From Basidiobolus meristosporus CBS 931.73 (Eukaryota > Fungi > Basidiobolomycota), in the NCBI GenBank assembly GCA_002104905.1, contig MCFE01000067.1, positions 124,335-188,334 on the forward strand: 64,000 nt of DNA. Direction: 5' to 3'. The notes beneath the pieces were generated by a model that had not been told where the DNA came from, did no database searches, and saw only the letters and a program-made list of their open reading frames with translations. A program made the position numbers and the translations under genes. Numbering within the stretch: the stretch's first letter is position 1; each line of letters begins with the position of its first letter. Positions 48,761-58,777 of the stretch are shown one piece after another.

Positions 48761-50527
48761 ATGAAATCCTTGCTTTCTTTGTTTGTGATTGCACTGGCAG
48801 CAACATCCATCGAGGGGGCTCCGAAGTACAGCTATGACCAATGTGGCTCTCGATACGGCACCTGTGCACCAGGCTTGTGCTGCAGTAAATGGGGCTCCTG
48901 CGGTTCCACCTCGGAATACTGCTCTACTGGTTGCCAAACTAAATTCGGCAGCTGTAGTGGTAGTGCTTCAAAACCAACCACCACAGTCCCAACTCCGCTG
49001 AGACAGCTCAATGAACAATGCGGTTCCGGGTTCGGTTCATGCGCATCAGGATTATGCTGCAGTGAATGGGGCTGGTGCGGCTACTCCTCCGACCACTGCA
49101 CTGGAGGCTGCCAAAAACAGTTTGGTACTTGCAGTGCCAGTAGCACAACGGCCGCTACTCTCCCCACCACTACGAAGTCCCCCACCCCAACACCATTGAA
49201 GCAACTTAATGAGCAATGTGGAGCCAATTTAGGTACTTGTGCACCAGGCTTGTGTTGTAGTGAATGGGGTTGGTGCGGCTACTCCTCCGACCACTGCACT
49301 GGAGGCTGCCAAAAACAATTTGGCACTTGCAGTACTGGCAGCACAATGACCACCACTTCCACTTTCATCACGAACTCCCTTTCTCCAACTCCATTGAGGC
49401 AGCTAAATGAACAGTGCGGCGCCAGTGATGGTACCTGCGCGCCAGGATTATGTTGCAGTGAATGGGGATGGTGTGGATACTCATCTGATCATTGTACTGG
49501 AGGCTGTCAGAAGCTTTTTGGTACTTGTAGTGAGGGAGCAACCACCATCATCTCCTCAACAACCTCTGATACAAGCTCTAGCACTATTCAACCCACTTCT
49601 ACCGCCACCTCCACTACAGCCACCCCGACTCCGACTGGACTAAGATACCTCGATGAACAGTGTGGTTCCAAATACGGCTCCTGTGCACCTGGTTTGTGCT
49701 GTGGCCAAACTGGTTACTGTGGCTACACCTCAGGACACTGCTCTGCAGGCTGCCAAAAGGATTTTGGAATTTGCGACAATAAAATAGAGGCAGAGGTGAT
49801 TACCGGATGTAAAGCACCCGGAACTTTCGCAGTTACCTACGATGATGGACCAAGTGTTCTGACTTCAGGGCTGTTGGATTATCTGGACGAAGTGAAAGTG
49901 AAGGCCACCTTCTTTGTTAATGGGAACAACAGAAAGAATGGTGACACTGGAAACCCAATGTTAACCATCTACGAGCTCGCTGATGTTGTCCGACGCGCCT
50001 ACAACTCCGGACATCAAATCTGTTCTCACACCTGGGCTCACACTGACATTATTACCGTGAACGAGGAAGAGGTCGTCTATGAAATGACCAGACTGAATCA
50101 CGCCTTCAGTAAAATCCTCGGCAAGGTTCCCACTTGCATGAGACCCCCCTATGGCGATACCGATGGGCCATCACGCAAGATTCTTTACAAAATGGGCTAC
50201 ACTGTTGTCAGCTGGAATGTGGATCCAGTTGATTGGAATCCGGTGAATTCCATTGATGAGATGTACCAAGAGTATATTGATCAGACTGGATCTACCAGCA
50301 CTAAAGTTGGCAAATTCATCTCCCTGAACCATGATGTGTGGAATACTACTGCTGACTTCAGGCCCGAGAGCTATCCCAAGACCATTCCACTTGCTAAGCG
50401 ATCTATCGATTATTTGTTGGAAAGAGGTTGGAAGGTAGTTAACCTTGCCGAGTGCTTGCAAAGCCCGCCGCTATACCGTGATCCCAACCCTTCGGATAGT
50501 AAATGCGGCACAAAAGCCTGTGTTTGA
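48761..50527 (+). CDS. Secreted chitin deacetylase (CE4/NodB) with five N-terminal CBM18 hevein domains, intronless
   Basis: Signal peptide; five QCG..G.C..GLCC...G.CG....C..GCQ..FG.C modules with Thr/Pro/Ser linkers; CE4 motifs TYDDGP, HTWAH, RPPYG, WNVDPVDW, SLNHD. Confidence 0.93.
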   Translation: MKSLLSLFVIALAATSIEGAPKYSYDQCGSRYGTCAPGLCCSKWGSCGSTSEYCSTGCQTKFGSCSGSASKPTTTVPTPLRQLNEQCGSGFGSCASGLCCSEWGWCGYSSDHCTGGCQKQFGTCSASSTTAATLPTTTKSPTPTPLKQLNEQCGANLGTCAPGLCCSEWGWCGYSSDHCTGGCQKQFGTCSTGSTMTTTSTFITNSLSPTPLRQLNEQCGASDGTCAPGLCCSEWGWCGYSSDHCTGGCQKLFGTCSEGATTIISSTTSDTSSSTIQPTSTATSTTATPTPTGLRYLDEQCGSKYGSCAPGLCCGQTGYCGYTSGHCSAGCQKDFGICDNKIEAEVITGCKAPGTFAVTYDDGPSVLTSGLLDYLDEVKVKATFFVNGNNRKNGDTGNPMLTIYELADVVRRAYNSGHQICSHTWAHTDIITVNEEEVVYEMTRLNHAFSKILGKVPTCMRPPYGDTDGPSRKILYKMGYTVVSWNVDPVDWNPVNSIDEMYQEYIDQTGSTSTKVGKFISLNHDVWNTTADFRPESYPKTIPLAKRSIDYLLERGWKVVNLAECLQSPPLYRDPNPSDSKCGTKACV

Positions 50528-51428
50528 ACGATTGATTTAATGCCCTTCATAGCCGCATGACATATATGTCTAATAAAAAGTAAGTCGAGAAACGGTCAAT
50601 CGAGTCGTACTGGATATGGATCAGTTCAAAGTTTGATGATTAACAATAGCTATCAGCAATCTTAAAGTCTCCGCTTGGGGACACCAATTTATCATTACGT
50701 ACAAGTTCCTTATTCAGTATTGGCTTACTGTCCTGTGATCAATGCCTGCTGTATCACTTCGGGGCTAACCCGATTGATCCGATCTGGATGTGCTGAGATC
50801 GATCAAGTCAATACCAACATACTGAATATAGATTCGTTCGAGATTTCTGAAAAGAGCATACCTCATACTTTCCTATACAGTATGAATTCGGAAAATTTAA
50901 CTGACTATTTTGCCCTTTTCAGCAGAACGCATATAATATGTATAGGTGTAGTAAGAGCCATCTTGCTGGAACTATGCTACGATATCGCACTGAATTTTCA
51001 CTGCTACACCACGAAGTGTACAGTGTAAAACACACTCCTTATAAATTCCAGGTGGTAATAATCCAGTATCTCCGGAGTTTACAGCAGATTACATTCGCAG
51101 CTCGTTTATACCTATTTACATTGTGCATTCCAAAATGTATCATCAATTGTGCTATTTGTTTCTACCACTCTTACTGCTTCTAACCAAACTTAAACTTTAT
51201 TTGATTGGTTGATTGGTATTTATACCTTATTGTGATTTGTCTTGATATGCTTTTCGTTGGATACTAAGTTGTCTTTGTACGCGTTGATGCCACTTAACAT
51301 TGGGTGACTCCTTACTCTTTAACATTAAGTTGCTACAAGGTTAAGGGGCCATGTAGTAAGAAATAACAATTATGGACAGTGGCATATTTGCCCAGGGGGA
51401 AGAAGACTTTTATAAAAAGGGTTAGGGG

Positions 51429-51582
51429 TGTAGTAAGAATTTGTAATTCCACCAAAATATTCACCTAACTTGGTCACTTAGATCATTACCTCCAAATCCT
51501 AGAGAATACTGACCAAAATCCTAGTTGCGATTTACTTAGAATATTTACCCAGAGCATGAAAATTAGATAAGTTGCTCAAACT
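51429..51582 (+). mobile_element. Truncated copia LTR fragment abutting TTAGGG repeats
   Basis: Reverse-complement match to 3240-3391; stops abruptly before TTAGGGTTAGGG at 51585. Confidence 0.75.
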
Positions 51583-51584
51583 GC

Positions 51585-52108
51585 TTAGGGTTAGGGGGGA
51601 GACAGTCACCAACATGTGAAATCTTTATTTCAGTTGAAACAAAGAAGCCAGCACTACTGTTGTAGCTTTGATACAAGAGTGTGTAGCTGAGGGGAATTTG
51701 TAGGTAAGTTAATAAGAAGTGATGATAGCTCTTCAGTGCTCAAGACACTGTTCAGTGGGAAGGGGGGTAGCAAGAGAGGTAAGAATGACTTGTGAATAAC
51801 ATTAATGAGGGGAATGTGATAAGGATTGATATTCATCATAAAGGGAGTGTGCTGCTGCAGATATTGCTGCCAAAGGTCTGTCAAGTACTTCAGGTAGGCC
51901 AGCTTGGGTTTTTCTGACTACAGAATAAATTGAGCAAACTTCTTGACTTCAGGATCTCCAGGTATAGTTCTCCAGCAGGAGTCAGATGTAGTGTGGTGTG
52001 TTCTCTTCCATGCCTTAATCAGTGGGTTGTTGCAGTGGTGAAGTCTGAGATATAATCTGGTTCTAAGGTAGAGAAGTCTGATCTTATAGGGCATAAACCC
52101 AAAAGCAC
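51585..52108 (-). mobile_element. Non-LTR retrotransposon family A, 3' fragment (unit 1), TTAGGG-joined
   Basis: Nearly identical to the 3' ends at 54472 and 57609; same C-terminus ...LHTLVSKLQQ*; internal stop; interrupted at 52109 by a gypsy LTR. Confidence 0.9.
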
Positions 52109-54471
52109 TGTTGTGCATCAACATTTAAAACTTAGCCAATTTTACTCCGTTTGAAAATCTAGTACCCTAACTGATTTTCCCTAACCCAAACATAACAAAT
52201 CCAGTTACAGTTTATTTTATCCCACCTCAGAATCTATTTTTAGCTATCACACCTGATCTATTTTCAAATGGTCATTACGTTATCAACCTATCTGCCAAGC
52301 CTTCACAGGTGATTAGTCATCTGAGATCTATCCAACCACTGTGCAGTTGCCAAGACATCAGTTGATTGATGATGTAATTTTCATTTATCTTATGCACCTA
52401 TGAACACCCAAATTGATTTCAATCAATCCAGTCCCTTGGCACTTACTAATTCAACTTGATCAGAAAAGTATAAATAAAGTTTACTGAACCTTTTGGTTTA
52501 GTGTGTGTCTCAACAAAGTTAAGATTCTGTCTCAGCAAAAATAAGTAATCCAACAATTCAATTCTAGTTTCTATCCAAGCCTAGCATATCTAGCACTCCT
52601 AAAGAACACCAAGCCTAGCCTGCCTGGCAAACAAATATCATTGTCTTTATAGCCAACCCAGCTATATCCAAGACCAATATCAGATCAGAATCTTTCTGCC
52701 AATATTTCTGCCACTCTCTGACAATTCTAAGATTCTGCACTTAATTGTCCCTTTGGTTCAGTTAAACCATTCAAGAGTTTTATCACACTTTCTCTTGGAT
52801 ACAACATTTTTTTTGTTGAAATCCATTACATTCAGCCTGATTAGAAGATGTCCTCAGCAGCAAGCAATCCAAACCTTTCCATGTTGGAAGAAGCCAGAAG
52901 AAATCAGGAAGAACTTACTGAACAGCTTGAAAACATCATGCTTGAAAGAAATACCATGATGCTTGAGCACTCAAAGCTTGCCAAAACAAGATCTGATATT
53001 CACCGTAGGATGAACTCCTTGAAGTTATATCCAGTTACCAAGATGAAATTGGAATAATTAAGGAAGCACTGGAGAATATTGCCATAGTAATTGACAGCAT
53101 TGAAAATCTGCCAAGCCTTGCTCTGCGTCAGCCACCAAGAAGTCATGCCTGTGAATCCTCCAGATCTACATCTCCTTCTAGACCTGCCCCGGTGGTTGTC
53201 CCAAAATCCTTGCCTGTTTATGCTGAAGGCACCAATGCCATCAAGAATCCAACTGAGCTTCTTTGCAAGTTTAGTCATATCTTAGCTGCACACCAGCTAG
53301 ACCCTGACACCAACTGGGCTAGACTTCTGCCTCTCTGTCTCACAATGCAAGATGCTGACTGGGTTGAAGTGAACATTCCTTCCAATAGTACGTGGAAAAT
53401 TGCCCAAAACCTCTTTTGCAGCCATTTTGAAGATCCTCTCAAGAAAGCACATCTGAACTGCAACTTATAGAAAACTAAAATGCAAAAAGGTGAATCTGTG
53501 CAACACTTCTGTGATAGATTCCAAAGACAAATGAGATTAGCTGGAGTTAGTGATGATAATCCATTGCTTACTGCTCATTTTCTTTCAAACTTTTTACACC
53601 AGCTACAGAGCAATATTGCTATTGTCAAAGCATGCAGCCCTGCATGTACCTATGACCAGATCTCAGAGATATGTACACTGGCAATCATCTTGACTGCAGC
53701 TGTTAGCCAGACTTCAGGCAACTCAACCCAAGATCCCACAACAGCCGGAAAAGAGACCAGTCATGTGACCAAGAAGCAGTCAACCGCTACCAAGCACTGT
53801 GAGCTTCATGGAAAATGCTATCATTCTACCAGTGAATGCAAAGGCATCACCAAGCAGTCAAACAAGTCAGGAAACACCTCAGAAAAGCAGCAAAACACCA
53901 AAACTGATAATCCATATGCTGATGACAAGTGCTTTAAATGTGGAAATATGGGACATAGATCACCTGCCTGTCCTGAGAAGAACTCCACACCATCAGCCAA
54001 AATACCCAGATCCTTGATGATCATTCAGCCAATGATACAATGGGGTATGAAGAAGTATATGAAGAACTTACAGTTCAAGATTATCACAACCTCTTTGAGT
54101 TTCCGGCTAAAATTGCAACTGTTCAACAAAAGAAGCAACCAACCACACAGCTCAAAGCCATAGAAGTGCCACTCACCCTCAATGGCCAATCATATGTAGC
54201 ACTACTGGATACTGGATCATCCAACTCTATTGTATCACCCAATGTAGTCAGAGAACTCAATTTGGAGATAGAAAAACAACAAGGAAAAATCGTTCTTGCA
54301 GCTAAGGATCACTCAGCCCCAAGAATTGGCATTACCAACCCAATCAACATACACTGTGGCTCAGTAACCATAATCCATCAGATGGAAGTTATTGACATAC
54401 CAGATGGACCTCAGGTAGTCATTGGTCTGGAAACCTTCACCAAACTTGGCTTTCACATAGGTGGACTACCC
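52109..54471 (+). mobile_element. Ty3/gypsy element 5' half (LTR ~52109-52806, gag, protease), nested in unit 1 and truncated after the protease
   Basis: TGTTGT...ACAACA termini; gag with frameshift/stop; knuckles CELHGKCYHSTSEC and CFKCGNMGHRSPAC; protease ALLDTGSS; ends at TAGGGTTAGGG. Confidence 0.85.
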
Positions 54472-56524
54472 TAGGGTTAGGGGGAGACAGTCTCCAACAG
54501 GTGAAATCTTTATATCAGTTGAAACAAAGAAGCCAGCGCTACTGTTGTAGCTTTGATACAAGAGTGTGTAGCTGAGGGGAATTTGTAGGTAAGTTTACAG
54601 GAAGTGATGATAGTTCTTCAGTGCTCAAGACACTGTTCAGTGGGAAGGGGGGTAGCAAGAGAGGTAAGAATGACTTGTGAACAGCATTAATGAGGGGAAT
54701 GTGATAAGGATTGATATTCATCATAAAGGGAGTGTGCTGCTTCAGATATTGCTGCCAAAGGTCTGTTAAGTACTTCAGGTAGGCCAGCTTGGGTTTTTCT
54801 GACTGCACAATAAATTCAGCAAACTTCTTGACTTCAGGATCTCCAAGTATAGTTCTCCAGCAGGAGCCAGGTGTTGTGTGGTGTGTTCTCTTCCAGGCCT
54901 TAATCAGTGGGTTGTTGCAGTGGTGAAGTCTGAGGTATAATCTGGTTCTAAGGTAGAGAAGTCTGATCTTATAGGGCATAAACCCAAAAGCACCAAGAAT
55001 AGCATGTCTGTAGGGGCATTCAGGCAAATGAGGCACCAAGGAGGTAATGCACCATACTGCAAACTTGTCAAGCTTAGTGCAGTCTCTAGAAGTAAGAGAG
55101 AGAAGTGGTAAGCCAAATTCCAGGACAGGGAAGACAAACTGCTCGAGTAGAAGAAGGCAGCTGGGAGCTGAAGTTGTAGGAGGAGTAACAGCCAGTAGCT
55201 TGTGGAGTGCCTGTCTTGCCAGGATAATTCTCTTCTTCAGGTGTGCTCCAGAGTCTAGTCCAGTAGGAAGGAAAGGAAAGCCAAGATATGTAGCAGAAAC
55301 CTGAGCAGGTAGAGTGGAGTTCTCCAAGTTGATGGGAGAGCCCAAAGGTACTGTCTTTGCAATGGAAAGCTGGAGATTATTCTTCTGCAGATACTGGTGG
55401 ATGGTCTGGGAGTCTTGTTGCACATTGGAGGAGGATATTCTGATGTCATCAGCAAAGAGAGTAACCAGGCAGTCAGCTGAGAGTCTTGGGAAATCCCTCA
55501 GGAAGATGGCAAACAGTATAGGACCAAGCACAGAGCCTTGAACCACTCCATTAGGAACTGAGAACACAGCTGATTGCTCACTCGGGTGCAGAATTCTTGC
55601 TTGTGGATCCAGAAACAGAGACCTGACAAGGAGGGTGAGAGAGGTCCTGGAGAAGCATTGCAACTTGGACCAAAGCAGATTTCTGTCAACTGAATCAAAG
55701 GCCTTAGTAATATCAAACAGAACAGAGGGATACTTGCACTGGAGAGAGTGATCTTGGCTAAGTATGACTGCATATTCCAAGGAGAGGCCAGAAACAAAGC
55801 CAAACTGTGCAGGGTGAAACTTGAGGGAGTCAGAGTAGAGCTCCTGAGCAAGCAGAAGCTCAAACACCTTTCTGCAGGTGGGCAGCAGAGATATTTGCCT
55901 ATAGGAGCTAGGATCCAGGTGCTTTCCTTTACCCTTGTACAGTGGCAGAACATTTGCAAAGGACCATTCCTCAGGAGTAGAAAGCTGGGCTGAGCATTGC
56001 TGAAACAGTGGAAGCAGAAGTGCAGACATGGCCTTGGTACTAGTCTTCAGAAGCTCACAGGACATTGTGTCCACACCTGGAGCAGTAGAGTTGGGAAGCC
56101 TCTTGAGCACATTATGGATTCTCCCTTGATCAAGTGCAAGTGGGATGGGCAGAGTCTTGAAGTCAGGATGAAAGCCAGGAGTTGAGTACTGCTTTGTAGA
56201 GAAGAAGATGTTAGCCAGCTGTTCTGTTGAAGGTAACTTCCTGGAAGAGGGCCTCATTGCCCTGTAGAGTCTTGATACTGTTCTTGTTATAGAGTTGGAA
56301 GATTGCAGAGGCAAAGAACTCATAATATGATCCCAGAGCTGAGTATGTAGAGTGTGGTGAATTGCCTTGGAGTGGTGTATGGCTGTCAGGAGGAGTTTCT
56401 CTGCTTTTGGGTTAGGGAAACTCAGGTAGCATTGTTGCAGGGCTGAAACAATGGATTCCCATTTTCTTGAGGTAACAGCAGTAGTCTTGCATGGCAGTGA
56501 GAGGGAGGCAGAGACCAGAATCAA
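54472..56524 (-). mobile_element. Non-LTR family A unit 2: 5'-truncated ORF2, 661 codons open (RT)
   Basis: LINE RT motifs APGVD, YRQISLLPTCRKVFE, QFGF, FDITKAFDSV, GVVQGSVLGPILF, LFADDI; 3' hairpin module then CCCTAA. Confidence 0.93.
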
Positions 56525-57608
56525 TTAGGGTTAGGGTTAGGGGGGATGATAATCACCACAGGGTGAAATCTTTATTTAAATCATAAATAAAGAAGCCAAA
56601 TTTGAATATGAATAGTTGAGATGCAGAAAGCCTACAAGATTAACTTGGACTTTGCTGTATCCCAAATATCCTCAATATTGAAGTCTAGAGGAGAATGTAG
56701 CAAAACTGCTTGTTCACTGTAGTATTTCTTGAGGAAGTTTGTGACTTGAAGGGAAGGAGAGTTTTTCAACAAGCTGGTAAACCTTTTGAGGAGTTCTTTT
56801 TCCAGAGAGACTGGTACAAAGAGTGGAATGTCCAAATGATGTCTGAATATATGCTCTGAGAGCTCCCAATCCAGCATATTTTTGACTTCTTCTGTAAAAT
56901 CTTCAACAATATCTTTGTCAAGAATAACTTCCAAGAGATCCCTGGCAATGTACTGAATGTTAATAATCTTGGGCATATGAATACCTAGGTCCTTGAGGTA
57001 GTTTCTTTGTTCTGAAATTGGGAGATAGCCAGCATTTCTGAAATAGCAAACAGCCCAATTGGCAGTGGGAGGAGTATCAGGGCTGACAGGGAATCTTCTT
57101 CTAGCTTTAGGGTGCACTGGCTTAGGTGACTGTCTTGTTGAAAGGGCAGCTGGCTTTGGATGAGCTTGAAGTGCTTGGGAGTATGTCTGAGTATAAATGG
57201 CAGGAGTTGCTGGTTGCTGACAGTGGTCAGATTGACTGGAAGAAGAGCTGGTTGAGGGGTTGCAAGGTAAGGAAGAAGCTGAAAGAGAAGTAGAGAGTGC
57301 TGGGTGAAGTTCAGAGAGAGTTTTGAAGAGAACCTGAATCTGAGATTTCAACATTGAGTTTTCAGCTTCAAGAAGCAAAACTCTTTGTTCAAGATAAGAA
57401 GTCTGTAAAGAGTGAAAGTTGGGTAAAGACATGGAAGAATTAGATAATAAGAAGAAAGGAGTAGTTGGGGTGGGAAGGTGGGAAAATAGTTAAGAAGAAA
57501 AGAGAGGAAAGATCTGAAATTGAAAATCTCAGAATTTATAGATGGATGGACAAGGGTAGAGGATAGATTAATCCAGGGTTAGGGAAAAATAGTTAAGAAG
57601 AAAAGAGA
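56525..57608 (-). mobile_element. ORF1-only unit (family C): 266-aa ORF 56632-57432 with its own 3' UTR, the shared hairpin module and 3 telomeric repeats
   Basis: ATG-initiated ORF homologous to family B ORF1 (NWAVCYFRN...KIINIQY...LLEVILD vs NWSLLYFAN...KIVNLAW...ILEMIVD). The stop is followed within ~90 nt by the 3' module and (CCCTAA)3, with no ORF2. Confidence 0.8.
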
Positions 57609-58775
57609 GGGGGGAGACAGTCACCAACAGGTGAAATCTTTATTTCAGTTGAAACAAAGAAGCCAGCGCTACTGTTGTAGCTTTGATACAAGAGTGTGTA
57701 GCTGAGGGGAATTTGTAGGTAAGCTAATAAGAAGTGATGATAGTTCTTCAGTGCTCAAGACACTGTTCAGTGGGAAGGGGGGTAGCAAGAGAGGTAAGAA
57801 TGACTTGTGAACAACATTAATGAGGGGAATGTGATAAGGATTGATATTCATCATAAAGGGAGTGTGCTGCTGCAGATATTGCTGCCAAAGGTCTGTCAAG
57901 TACTTCAGGTAGGCCAGCTTGGGTTTTTCTGACTGCAGAATAAATTCTGCAAACTTCTTGACTTCAGGATCTCCAAGTATAGTTCTCCAGCAGGAGCCAG
58001 GTTTTGTGTGGTGTGTTCTCTTCCAGGCCTTAATCAGTGGGTTGTTGCAGTGGTGAAGTCTGAGATATAATCTGGTTCTAAGGTAGAGAAGTCTGATCTT
58101 ATAGGGCATAAACCCAAAAGCACCAAGAATAGCATGTCTGTAGGGGCATTCAGGCAAATGAGGCACCAAGGAGGTAATGCACCATACTGCAAACTTGTCA
58201 AGCTTAGTGCAGTCTCTAGAAGTAAGAGAGAGAAGTGGTAAGCCAAATTCCAGGACAGGGAAGACAAACTGCTCGAGTAGAAGAAGGCAGCTGGGAGCTG
58301 AAGTTGTAGGAGGAGTAACAGCCAGTAGCTTGTGGAGTGCCTGTCTTGCCAGGATAATTCTCTTCTTCAGGTGTGCTCCAGAGTCTAGTCCAGTAGGAAG
58401 GAAAGGAAAGCCAAGATATGTAGCAGAAACCTGAGCAGGTAGAGTGGAGTTCTCTAAGGTGATGGGAGAGCCCAAAGGTACTGTCTTTGCAATGGAAAGC
58501 TGGAGATTATTCTTCTGCAGATACTGGTGGATGGTCTGGGAGTCTTGTTGCACATTGGAGGAGGATATTCTGATGTCATCAGCAAAGAGAGTAGCCAGGC
58601 AGTCAGCTGAGAGTCTTGGGAAATCATTCAGGAAGATGGCAAACAGTATAGGACCAAGCACAGAGCCTTGAACCACTCCATTAGGAACTGAGAACACTGG
58701 TGATTGCTCACTTGGGTGCAGAATTCTTGCTTGTGGATCCAGAAACAGGGACCTGACAAGGAGGGTGAGAGAGGT
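57609..58775 (-). mobile_element. Non-LTR family A unit 3, 5'-truncated within RT
   Basis: Near-identical to 54481-55650; truncated at GAGAGGT|AC|TTAGGG (58775-58783). Confidence 0.92.
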
Positions 58776-58777
58776 AC

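Noticed and set aside
56408-56416. Internal GGGTTAGGG in family A ORF2 (also ~60764 in family B)
   Set aside because: It encodes the conserved FPNPK peptide (CCT AAC CCA), and no junction occurs there.
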